DNA from: an uncultured cyanobacterium
GTDB lineage: Bacteria > Cyanobacteriota > Cyanobacteriia > PCC-6307 > Cyanobiaceae
DNA length: 64,000 nucleotides
Reading direction: 5' to 3'
Assembly: GCA_963697335.1 (NCBI GenBank)
Contig: CAVONQ010000008.1
Coordinates: forward strand, 32,001 to 96,000
Shown: in pieces, positions 49,541-58,271 of the stretch
How the letters are laid out: each line of letters begins with the position of its first letter
Numbering within the stretch: position 1 is the stretch's first letter
Made by a program: the position numbers and the translations under genes
Notes under the pieces: model-generated
Seen by the model: the letters and a program-made list of their open reading frames with translations, nothing else
Database searches by the model: none
What the model was told of the DNA's origin: nothing

Positions 49541-49771
49541 TAACTCGATGGCTTCCCGTTGATGGCAGTGCAGCTGCAGTTCCTGGCCGGGCCCCGATTC
49601 ATTTGCTCCAGCGGAAGATACCGCGGCACTCCTCATGAAGCACCTCGTCCACCAGCTCAGTGCTCGCTGCGTCACTGATGAAGCTGGGATGGAGCTGGAT
49701 CAATGGCGACGACCAGTTCTCTCTTGGTCGCAGTCCTCAATATCCCGATCGCGGAAGGAGAAGACGTCCAT
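49541..49771 (-). pseudogene. Degraded N-terminal fragment resembling a large DEAD/DEAH-box helicase
   Basis: Three frame segments: MDVFSFRDRDIED / WSSPLIQLHPSF..ELVDEVLHEECRGIFR / LQLHCHQREAIEL; region is lower in GC; family recalled from memory. Confidence 0.55.
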
Positions 49772-49828
49772 CGGTTCTGTGCCGGGATTGGGAACCGCAT
49801 CCGGTGCGATATGAGGCAAGACACATCC

Positions 49829-50407
49829 CTATGGAAGGTCGTGGGTCTCCATCGGACACCTTTCACCCTCCAACCCACCAAATCCACACCGCAGCACCGC
49901 CAGGGCGTCATCCGGCAGCCCCAGAAAGCCATCGAGCCAGCGGTCGCCGCTGGGGGGCACCCGCGCCACGCCGACCAGACAGCCCTGGCCGCTGGCATCC
50001 AGGGGGGTGCCCTCGGCCCGATGGCGCTGGCCTGCCACCGATCCCGTGGTGAGGTCCGTGCTCACCAGCAGCGGCGGTGGTTGGTAAAGCCCGCCCCAGC
50101 TGCAGTGGAAGCGGGCCTCGAACCGCAGGGTCACGGCTCCGCTGGCCGGCACGAGCTGGCCGGCGAGGGTGAGGGGTTCGATGGTGATCTGCAACCCCGG
50201 CGGCAGGGGCAGCCCCAGCACCCGCGTCGTGCGCCAGTTCAGGGGGGGGATGCTGAGCTCGGCGGGGTCGAAGGCGATCTCCAAGGTGTCGTCAACGGGG
50301 CTGCAGGTTGCCCTGCCGCTGCCGCCCCGGGCGTCGTAGCGAAAGCGGGGATAGCGGCCGATCGCCAATCCGCAGCCCGCCTGGGTGTGCAGCTCCAGGC
50401 TGGTCAT
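49829..50407 (-). CDS. Conserved hypothetical protein (cyanobacteria/plastid type)
   Basis: YPRFRYDARGG, FDPAELSIPPL, GLPLPPGL, FLGLPDDALAVL. Confidence 0.7.
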   Translation of the reverse strand: MTSLELHTQAGCGLAIGRYPRFRYDARGGSGRATCSPVDDTLEIAFDPAELSIPPLNWRTTRVLGLPLPPGLQITIEPLTLAGQLVPASGAVTLRFEARFHCSWGGLYQPPPLLVSTDLTTGSVAGQRHRAEGTPLDASGQGCLVGVARVPPSGDRWLDGFLGLPDDALAVLRCGFGGLEGERCPMETHDLP

Positions 50408-50439
50408 GGGCAGAGGCGGAGTTGGGGGGACACGACCCT

Positions 50440-51096
50440 TCAGGCGTGGCGGAGGCCTTCGAGGCTGCCGCGGGCGTGAAGCTCGGCGAGGGCGTCATAG
50501 CCACCGATGAAGGTACCGTCGATGAACACCTGGGGCACGCTGCCAGGCTGGCTGGGCTCGATCACCCGGTGGGCAATGCCCAGGGTGCGCAGCATGCGCA
50601 GGGCCCGGGCTGAAAACGGGCAGCCGGGCAGCACGGCCACCTCCACCCTGGCAGCCGTGGGGGCCTGGGCCAGGGGCACCATCAGGGGTTCAGCGGATCG
50701 CTGGACGGCGCCCTGCAAGGTCGCTTGAGTGGCCCCTTGCTCCACGACCTGAGCAGCGGCGCCAGGCTCCGGATCAAACAGCCCCACCAGGAGGTCGGCT
50801 CCCTTGTACACCAGCGTGCCGGGCTCCAGGTGGCCGCCCCACACCTGGCAGGCGTTGTCGGAGAAGCTCAGGTGCAGGTGCACCCCCTGGGCGGCCACCG
50901 TGCCCTGCAGGGTGATGATCTCCAGCTCGCCCGCCAGCACGGTGGGACTGGGCTCACCGGGGCACTGGAACGATGCCTGGGTGAGGTTCCCCACCACGCT
51001 CAACACGAAGCCGTGGCCCCCCTCCTGGGCGGCCAGCTGCTCCAGGGACTGGCGCACGTCGCTGCCGGGTTCGAGGTGCAGGGCCAGAAACCGCAT
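50440..51096 (-). CDS. PPC (DUF296) domain fused to a glutaredoxin-like domain
   Basis: LEIITLQGT, HLHLSFSD, GGHL; then GCPFS, SVPQVFIDG..IGGYD. Confidence 0.85.
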   Translation of the reverse strand: MRFLALHLEPGSDVRQSLEQLAAQEGGHGFVLSVVGNLTQASFQCPGEPSPTVLAGELEIITLQGTVAAQGVHLHLSFSDNACQVWGGHLEPGTLVYKGADLLVGLFDPEPGAAAQVVEQGATQATLQGAVQRSAEPLMVPLAQAPTAARVEVAVLPGCPFSARALRMLRTLGIAHRVIEPSQPGSVPQVFIDGTFIGGYDALAELHARGSLEGLRHA

Positions 51097-51184
51097 GGAC
51101 AGACGGGCGAGAACGGAGGACACCAAGGCCCGAAATTAAGCCCTCGCCTGGCCCCCGGGTCGTCCAGCAGACCGCCGCCCGGCC

Positions 51185-52162
51185 ATGGGCGGCTCCACAA
51201 TGCGAGCCCGCCAGGGTCCTGTGATCGGCTTTCATTCGCCTCGCTCCTACACCCTGCTGTCCGTGGGGGCGTCCCTGGCCACGATGGCGATCAAGATCGT
51301 CGCCTGGCGCTTCACCGGCTCGGTGGGCCTGTTCTCCGACGCGCTCGAATCCCTGGTGAACCTGGCGGCGGCGCTGGGAGGCTTCTGGGCCCTGACCCTG
51401 GCGGCCAGGCCTGCCGATCGGAATCACAACTATGGCCACTTCAAGGCCGAATACTTCTCCAGCGGTCTCGAGAGCGCCCTGATCGTGCTGGCGGCGCTGC
51501 TGATCCTGCAGAGCGCCGTCGGCCGGCTGCTCAACCCCCAGCCCTTGGAGCAGGTGGGTCTCGGCCTGATGCTCACGCTGCTGGCCACGGCCCTGAACGG
51601 GCTCGTGGCGGTGCTGCTGCTGGGGGCGTCGCGTCGCTTTCATTCGATCACCCTGCGGGCCGATGGCCAGCACCTGCTCACCGACGTGTGGACCTCCCTG
51701 GGGGTGGTGCTGTCCCTGGTGCTGGTGCCGCTCACCGGCCTCACCGTGCTGGATCCCCTGGTGGCGATCGCCGTGGCAGCCAACATCCTGTTCACGGGCT
51801 GGCAGCTGCTGCACGAGACGGCCTCAGGCTTGCTGGACCGCTCCCTCGACGAGCCCGATCAGCAGCGGCTCAGCAAGCTGCTCGCGGCTCGCAGCGGCGA
51901 TGAAGTGGCCTTCCATGCCGTGCGCACCCGGGTGGCGGGCTCCCGTCGCTTCGTGACCATGCACGTGCTGGTGCCGGGCCACTGGAGTGTGCAGCGGGGC
52001 CACGACTTCTGCTCCGCCCTGGAGCGGGACATCGCCGCCGTCCTGCCCCGCAGCCACGTGTTGACCCATCTGGAGCCGATCGAGGACCCCAGCGCCTGGA
52101 ACGACGACGGCTTCCAGTGGGATGGCGATCCGGCGGCAGCCCGGGGCTCGGATTCTCGATAG
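51185..52162 (+). CDS. Cation diffusion facilitator family transporter
   Basis: SDALES, PAD..HNYGHFKAEY, ADGQHLLTD, THLEP. Confidence 0.93.
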   Translation: MGGSTMRARQGPVIGFHSPRSYTLLSVGASLATMAIKIVAWRFTGSVGLFSDALESLVNLAAALGGFWALTLAARPADRNHNYGHFKAEYFSSGLESALIVLAALLILQSAVGRLLNPQPLEQVGLGLMLTLLATALNGLVAVLLLGASRRFHSITLRADGQHLLTDVWTSLGVVLSLVLVPLTGLTVLDPLVAIAVAANILFTGWQLLHETASGLLDRSLDEPDQQRLSKLLAARSGDEVAFHAVRTRVAGSRRFVTMHVLVPGHWSVQRGHDFCSALERDIAAVLPRSHVLTHLEPIEDPSAWNDDGFQWDGDPAAARGSDSR

Positions 52163-52209
52163 CGGCGGCGGCGGCGGCCGTGCAGGTCAGCGCTGGGGAG
52201 TTCAATGCC

Positions 52210-52488
52210 TCAGAGAGCTCGGCCCGGTGGCTGGCCCTCCGGCGGTGGCAGGGGCCGGGGGCTGCGCCTGCCGGGTTCCAGGCTGGCCAGCAGGGCTCCC
52301 AAGGCCAGCAGCCCCAGCAGTCCCCACAGGGCCGGGCGGGGCAGGCGTCGCGCCGGGCCGCCGCCGCGGCGCCGCACCTGCTTCTCGGCCCTGAGGCCGA
52401 GGGGGCGCCCGCAGCGCCCGCACACAAAGCGGCCGGCCAGGCTGCGGTCTGCCTTCACCGACCAGCTGCCGCAGCTGGAACAGGCCAT
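52210..52488 (-). CDS. Small zinc-ribbon membrane protein
   Basis: CSSCGS...ADRSLAGRFVCGRCG followed by one TM helix. Confidence 0.65.
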   Translation of the reverse strand: MACSSCGSWSVKADRSLAGRFVCGRCGRPLGLRAEKQVRRRGGGPARRLPRPALWGLLGLLALGALLASLEPGRRSPRPLPPPEGQPPGRAL

Positions 52489-52520
52489 CGCGAGGGGGTG
52501 GGATCAGGGCTCCAGCATGC

Positions 52521-53522
52521 CTAGGCGCGCTCCGCCGTCCTCTGGTGGCCCCCGTCGGCATCTGCTGGCAGCAGATTGATCTGGTAGAGGGTGTCTTCGA
52601 GGGCATCGGCGGCCAGCTCGCCTGCCCAGCGCTGGGGGTACTTGGCCGTGCAGCAGCTGCTGAAGGGCTGCAGCACCGTGGTGGGCCGCGGATGGCAGAA
52701 CTGCACCACGCTCAGGCGGGGGTCGGTGGCGCCAGGATCAGCCATCACCCTGTGCCAGCCGCTGGGGATGAGGCCATTGCTGAGCCGCTCCAGCATCAGG
52801 CCGCTGTTGAGGATCACGTGACCGTCCGGAGGTGTGGCTGGCAGCCAGGTCTCCCCCACCAGCACCTGTAGCCCCGGGGCTGTGGCCCGGGGCAGGGCCG
52901 TGATCAGGTTGATATCGGCGTGGGGGGCGGCCCACAGGTGGCCCCCCGCCGGCGCCTGTGGCATCGGCGGATAGTGCACCGCCCTGGTGAGGGTGGGCGC
53001 CTCGGCCACCATTGCCTCGAAGATCGCCTCATCGAGCCCCAGCCCCAGGGCGATCACCCGCAGGAATCGGCGCTGCAGGTCGGCGATGGTGGCGTGGAAG
53101 GCCGTGAGCACGGCGCTGATGCCGGGCACCGCAGCCTCCGGCAGACATTGCTGCGGGTAGAGCAGGGGATAGCGCCGGCGCAGGGGGTGGTGCGGCGCAA
53201 TCGGCTCTGCCCAGTTGAGCATCTCCTTCCAGTCGGCGCAGGGCGCCCCGGCGGCGGTTTCCACCAGGGTGCCGGTGTAGCCGGTCTGCCCCCCGGCGCC
53301 TTCCACCCGGAAGGCCTGCTTCTGGGTGGAGGGCAGTTGGAAGAACTGCCCCAGCAGGCCATACGCCTCATCCAGGAGGTCCTGGGGCAGGTCGTGGCTG
53401 GTGGTCACAAAGCCGGTGGCCAGGCTGCGACGCACCCCATCCACCACCGCCTCCCGGGCGCGCTGGTCGCCCCGCTCAAAGCGCAGCAGGTCAACGTCGA
53501 GAACACAAGGCTCAGCTGGCAT
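52521..53522 (-). CDS. 2OG-Fe(II) oxygenase, isopenicillin N synthase family
   Basis: DWKE, HYPP, HAD (HxD), GLQV, WHRV, RLS. Confidence 0.9.
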   Translation of the reverse strand: MPAEPCVLDVDLLRFERGDQRAREAVVDGVRRSLATGFVTTSHDLPQDLLDEAYGLLGQFFQLPSTQKQAFRVEGAGGQTGYTGTLVETAAGAPCADWKEMLNWAEPIAPHHPLRRRYPLLYPQQCLPEAAVPGISAVLTAFHATIADLQRRFLRVIALGLGLDEAIFEAMVAEAPTLTRAVHYPPMPQAPAGGHLWAAPHADINLITALPRATAPGLQVLVGETWLPATPPDGHVILNSGLMLERLSNGLIPSGWHRVMADPGATDPRLSVVQFCHPRPTTVLQPFSSCCTAKYPQRWAGELAADALEDTLYQINLLPADADGGHQRTAERA

Positions 53523-53533
53523 CGCGACGCCGC

Positions 53534-53812
53534 TCAGCGCACACTGACGCCTTTCCAGAAGGCCACGCGGCCCTGGATCTGGCGGGCGGCCTCCTTGGGT
53601 TCCGGGTAGGTCCACACGGCGTTGGCGTTCACCGCACCGTCCACCACCACGTCGTAGTAGTGGGCCTCCCCCTTCCAGCCGCAGACGCTGCGGTGTTCCG
53701 AGGGCCGCACCAGTGCCTTGTTGAGGGCCTCGAAGGGGAAATAGGCGTTCCCCTCCACCATCACGATGTCGTCGCTGCTGGCAATCACGGCACCCTTCCA
53801 GCTCGCTTCCAT
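53534..53812 (-). CDS. DUF427 family protein
   Basis: VEGNAYFP, CGWKGEAHYY, AVWTYPEP, VAFWKGV. Confidence 0.9.
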   Translation of the reverse strand: MEASWKGAVIASSDDIVMVEGNAYFPFEALNKALVRPSEHRSVCGWKGEAHYYDVVVDGAVNANAVWTYPEPKEAARQIQGRVAFWKGVSVR

Positions 53813-53942
53813 GGTTCATCTGGCAATCGAATCCATCCTGCCGCTCGCCCAGGCCCGGTGCGCAGGTGCACACCGCTGGCTTGCCAAACCATGGCACTTC
53901 CCCTTCAGTGGAATGAAGTCTTAGGACTCAAGGGAGAGCGCG

Positions 53943-54146
53943 ATGGACCGACCCCCAGCCCTTGCCTCCTGGAGCCACCGCGGTTGCAGCGTTGAGCTGG
54001 CCGCTGAACCCTCAGCGGTTCCCCTGTTCCGCATCACCCATGGCAGCGGTGTGCCGCTCGGCCAGGTCTCGAACCTGGAGGAGGCCCGGGAGCTGATCGA
54101 TCGGGAACTGCCCCTGCTGCGGCAACGTCTGGCCGCCTCTGCTTAA
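53943..54146 (+). CDS. Small hypothetical protein
   Basis: Protein-like 67-aa ORF with purine-rich GGGAGAG upstream and helical C-terminus (LEEARELIDRELPLLRQRL). Confidence 0.6.
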   Translation: MDRPPALASWSHRGCSVELAAEPSAVPLFRITHGSGVPLGQVSNLEEARELIDRELPLLRQRLAASA

Positions 54147-54256
54147 CGCCCACGCCTGAACGCCCCCGGGCCAGGCCGCCTCCGTTGACACTGGCAGCTG
54201 GGCCAAAGGGCGTTAGGACAGGGACATCAGCTGGGCGCCACAGCGCCAAGGCGTCC

Positions 54257-54858
54257 ATGAACCCCACCCTTTCGGCACGGTTGCTGACGCGGCGCTCGGA
54301 TGGCTTCTTCCGGGCCCATCCGCCGGCCCCCTGGGATGCGGTGCTGGAAACCCCCGTGGCGCTCCAGGCTCTGGCCCTTGTCCAGCCTGTCGCGGCCCCT
54401 GATCCCAGTGCAGACCTGGGAGTGTGGGAACCGCAGGTCATGGAGAAGGTGCTGCCCTTCCAGCAGCAGCTCACCCCGGGAGTCACCGTTGCGGCTGCCG
54501 CCTTGGAATCTGCGGCTGCTGCCCTGGAATCACAGACCGCGGAAGCTCCGACAGCAAGCGCCGTGACGGAGGAGAAGGGCCAGCAGAGCTTGCTCCAGCC
54601 CCCACCCAAGACCCAGGCGCCGCCCCCGAGCTCCTGGTGCTGGCGTTGATGGCGGTGGTGTGGCTGGTCGATGGCTGGCTGGCCCTGCGCCAGGGCCTGA
54701 GGCGCCGCCCCACGTCAGCCGCCACCACCGCGGCCGAGTGCAAGGCCAGCGGAGTGTCCGGAACTCCCCGGCTGCCATACCAGGCTGGGATGGCCCCGGC
54801 CGGAAGCCCCCCGGCGGCCCCCAGGAGCCGCCGCCCTCCCCCGGTGCTGGTGGCATGA
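54257..54858 (+). CDS. Hypothetical protein, probably frameshifted at the C5 run 54623-54627
   Basis: First frame ends at 54649; second frame supplies a TM helix (PELLVLALMAVVWLVDGW) and ends in ATGA overlap with the next gene. Confidence 0.45.
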
Positions 54859-55127
54859 ACGGGGCCACCCCAGCGGAGCCGTCGCCGACTCTGTCCCTGG
54901 GCCCGGACGACTGGCGCCGGGTCCGCGCCGCCCTCCTCTACATGGGGCGGGATCTGCATCACCGCTCGTATGCCGTCACATCGGAGCGGAGAGAATTGCT
55001 CTGGCAGGAGATGGATGCCTGCCTGGCCTTGGCGGCTCGGATCCCGGCCGATGGCCAGGATGAGCTGTCAACCGGGCCGGCTGCGGCAATCATGGGTGCT
55101 GCCGACCCCCCAGCACCAAATGCCTGA
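54855..55127 (+). CDS. Hypothetical protein, 90 aa
   Basis: DDWRRVRAALLYMGRDLHHRSY..RRELLWQEMD; coupled to both neighbours. Confidence 0.6.
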   Translation: MNGATPAEPSPTLSLGPDDWRRVRAALLYMGRDLHHRSYAVTSERRELLWQEMDACLALAARIPADGQDELSTGPAAAIMGAADPPAPNA

Positions 55128-55798
55128 GCCACGCCCGGCCCCTCGTTCGTCCGCTCCTCAGACCGTCCTGAACCCTGGCCTGGCCAGACGGCGCTGGCGC
55201 CGCTCTGGCCAGTGCGGCCCTGGCCGTCGGCTTGCCACTGGCCTTGCCTGTCGCCGCCGGCGCCATGCCCGCCGCAGGGGCCGGGGAGCCCGGTGTGGCC
55301 CGCCTGAGCGGCGAGGCCGTCTACGGCTTCGGCTGTGTCGAAGCCCAGGGGAGCTACTGGATCGGTCTCGGCCTGATCCCGAAACCCTCTTTCAATGTGG
55401 TGACTAACCCGCTGGCCGTGCCGCCCCTCAGCACCACGCGCCTGGCCCCTGTGGCTCAGATCACTGGCGCCGTGGGGGCGGGATCGATCGCCCACCGCTG
55501 CACCAGCATCGCCACCCGTCTCACTAACCTGGCCCTGGCCACCGGCACCGCTTCGCCCCTGGGCATCCTCACCCTCACGGAGTTCCTGCAGGCTGGGGTG
55601 GTGGCGGGCCAGCCGGTGATCGCCATCGGCCAGCTGGCCCTGCCCGACGTGCTGGCCACCCTGCCCCAGGGCAGCGATCCCCAGCAGGCCCTGGACCGCG
55701 TCAGCGAGCGCATCCGCAGTGTGTCCACCGGCCCGGCCATCGCCGAGGTGCTGCTGCGGGAGGGGCTGGTGGAGTTTGTCGAGGTGCCGCTCGACTGA
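55120..55798 (+). CDS. COP23-like exported protein, probable extra base near 55200
   Basis: RCTSIATRL...LQAGVVAGQPVI...LATLPQGSDP resembles COP23; ATG 55120 frame joins a signal peptide (RRRWR|ALASAALAVGL) if one C is removed. Confidence 0.55.
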
Positions 55799-55832
55799 GC
55801 TCTGGGAGCCGCTCCAGGGGCATGGCGGCTGG

Positions 55833-58271
55833 TCAGCCAAGAGAGTCGGGCTCCAGCCGCTTGTGGCCCCCCAAGGCTTCGAGCCACACCAGCACGGCCA
55901 GCCAGTGCAGACCCACCGCCGACCAGAGCGAGCCGGTGAGGCTGTAGATGAGCACGCAGGCGCCACCCAGCAGGGTGCACTGCAACAGGAAGCGGGGGTC
56001 GTCAGAGACGGCCCGCCCCTGGGGGTACCAGAGGCGCCCCGCCAGGGGGTGGTAGGCCACGAACAGTCCCACGCTCAGGGCCCCCCAGGCCGCCATGGCG
56101 GCGGCGGGCACGCCTTCGAGGGGATGGGGCAGCAGCAGGCCCCGGAAGATCAGCTCCTCCACCAGCGCCGGCAGCACCAGCAGAGCAGCGGCGCGGCGCA
56201 GCAGGCCAGGCCAGCCTCCTCCGCCCGGCCGTCCCCAGCGCCAGGGTCCGTGCAGGAAGCCGCTGCCGAATCCCAGCCCCAGGGCCAGGGCGCCGTAGAG
56301 CAGCAGCACCAGCACCGAAAAGCCCAGGGGAGCCCCCAGCAAGGGCGGCACCAGCCCATCCATCAGCCGCGGCACCAGGGTGCCCACCACCGGCAGATGG
56401 CCCAGCAGGGTGGTGGGGGCCACCGGCTCCAGCGCGGGGTTGTTGCCGGGGATCTGGTTGGTGCGCAGGATCCAGAGCGGCAGCCCCTGGCGCAGGAAGA
56501 CGGTGGCGAGGCCGTCGTGGGCGCGGCGCGGCAGCATCGAGCGCAGGCTGAGCAGCACCGCCACCGGACCCTGGCTGGTCATGAAGGCGGGCTGGGCGGC
56601 GCCGCCCGCGGAGTCCTGGCGCAAACCCGTGCCGGCCATGGCGGTGACGCGGGCGTTGTGGCGCCAGTCGGGGCGCACCATGCCGAAGGGCGTGAGCAGC
56701 TCCTCCAGGCCCCGCCCCAGGCGACTCAGGCGGCTGTCCGGATCGGGCGCGACACCGGCCAGCCGTTGTTCGGCGCGCAGTTGATCCAGGGCGATCCAGA
56801 GGGCCTGGCTGGAATCCTGCACACAGGAGGTGGCGGGCGTCACCAGGGCCACACCCTGGCCATCGCCGGTGCGGTAGCGGGCACTGATGATTTCGGCCTG
56901 CAGGGCCAGGGCATCCAGCAGGGGGCCGTCCAGGGGCACCAGCACATCGGAGAAGGGGCGGGTGCCCAGCCAGCCCCGCTGCAGGTTGCCGGCGTAGGCG
57001 CTCCAGTCCTGACTGCCCGCAACGATGCCGTTTGGGTTGTTGGCATAGATCTGGTGGTAACGCAGATCGAGCTGGGGCTCGCCGCTGAATGGATCCACCA
57101 CCACTTCGGCCTCGCCGAGGGCCAGATGGCCGGTGGTGGTCCAGGCCGGGGAGGGTTCGCCATCGCGGCCGCCGATGCCGCCGAACAGATGGATCAACAG
57201 GGCCCGCTGGCCGGGGCTCGCCAAGGGCAGCTCGTCGGGCTCCGAGCTGAGGGCGGTGCTGGTCAGGGTGCCCCGGCGCAGGGCCGCCTCCGCCCAGTTC
57301 TCGCGGTTGATCTGCCTGAGGCCTGAGCTGGTGCCCCGCACGACCCGCGTCGGGCTGAGGCCCAGCAGGGCCCGCGGTTGCAGCGCCTGCACGGTGAACA
57401 CCCCATCGGGGCCGGGGGCGCCGCTGATCAGCCACCCCTTGGGGTTCAGCTCCGAGGCCACCAGTCCGCTCGGATCCAGCATCACCCGCCCGAACCGATC
57501 CGGCGGCAACCGGGGAATCCTGATCGATTCCTCCACTCCGGAGAAGTCACGGCCGGAGCGGTCGTAGTGCCGCACCCGCCAGCGGTGCGGATCATCGCTG
57601 GCGCTGTCGGGCCCCAGCACGGTGACCAGCCCCAGCCAGCGCCCGCTGGTCTGCACCGGCGGCTTGCTGATCCGCAGCGTGTCGCCCTCAAGGCTCACCC
57701 CCTCCAGCCGCACACTGACGCTGTCCTGGGGGCGAGCCCCGGCCAGGGACTGCAGCGGCCCCACGGCCAGCCGGCCATCCAGGCGGGTGGGCACCACATT
57801 GGCGGCGGCGGCGGCCTCTCGGGCGGCCTGGCCCAGGCGCACATCGGTGCTCACCGCCTCCACCATGGCCTGCAGTCGGGGCTGGTCGGCCCAGGTGAGA
57901 CCCAGCCGCTGGCCGATCAGGGCCTCCTGGCCAGGCGGCGCCTGCTCCAGATCCAGCCACACCCAGTCGCCGCGGCGCAGGGCCTTCTCCTCCACCGAGG
58001 GCAGGATCAGCCGGCCCATCCACTCGGCATGGGGCCGGTAGAGCTGCTGATCGGGCTTCAGGCCCAGGGGGTAGTAGGAGCTGTGGCTGAAGGGGGAGCG
58101 GTTGGCCAGGGCCTCGCTGCTCTCCGGCAGCGGGCGCTCCGGAGTGCCCTGGCGCAGCGGCACCGCCTGCAGCCCCGGGCGGAGCGGGCCCAGGGGCAGC
58201 AGGGCCAGCACCAGGGCCAGCAGCCCCCCCAGCAGGGTTCGGAGAGCACGCAGACGGGCAGAGCTGCTCAT
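55833..58271 (-). CDS. CPBP (CAAX/Abi) intramembrane metalloprotease with large N-terminal soluble domain
   Basis: C-terminal EELIFRG, FVAYH, HWLAV motifs in TM region; N-terminal signal-like segment. Confidence 0.85.
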   Translation of the reverse strand: MSSSARLRALRTLLGGLLALVLALLPLGPLRPGLQAVPLRQGTPERPLPESSEALANRSPFSHSSYYPLGLKPDQQLYRPHAEWMGRLILPSVEEKALRRGDWVWLDLEQAPPGQEALIGQRLGLTWADQPRLQAMVEAVSTDVRLGQAAREAAAAANVVPTRLDGRLAVGPLQSLAGARPQDSVSVRLEGVSLEGDTLRISKPPVQTSGRWLGLVTVLGPDSASDDPHRWRVRHYDRSGRDFSGVEESIRIPRLPPDRFGRVMLDPSGLVASELNPKGWLISGAPGPDGVFTVQALQPRALLGLSPTRVVRGTSSGLRQINRENWAEAALRRGTLTSTALSSEPDELPLASPGQRALLIHLFGGIGGRDGEPSPAWTTTGHLALGEAEVVVDPFSGEPQLDLRYHQIYANNPNGIVAGSQDWSAYAGNLQRGWLGTRPFSDVLVPLDGPLLDALALQAEIISARYRTGDGQGVALVTPATSCVQDSSQALWIALDQLRAEQRLAGVAPDPDSRLSRLGRGLEELLTPFGMVRPDWRHNARVTAMAGTGLRQDSAGGAAQPAFMTSQGPVAVLLSLRSMLPRRAHDGLATVFLRQGLPLWILRTNQIPGNNPALEPVAPTTLLGHLPVVGTLVPRLMDGLVPPLLGAPLGFSVLVLLLYGALALGLGFGSGFLHGPWRWGRPGGGGWPGLLRRAAALLVLPALVEELIFRGLLLPHPLEGVPAAAMAAWGALSVGLFVAYHPLAGRLWYPQGRAVSDDPRFLLQCTLLGGACVLIYSLTGSLWSAVGLHWLAVLVWLEALGGHKRLEPDSLG

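Noticed and set aside
54185..54226. Third LexA-box promoter (TTGACA...TAGGAC)
   Set aside because: Spacer is 23 nt and there is no GTAC palindrome.
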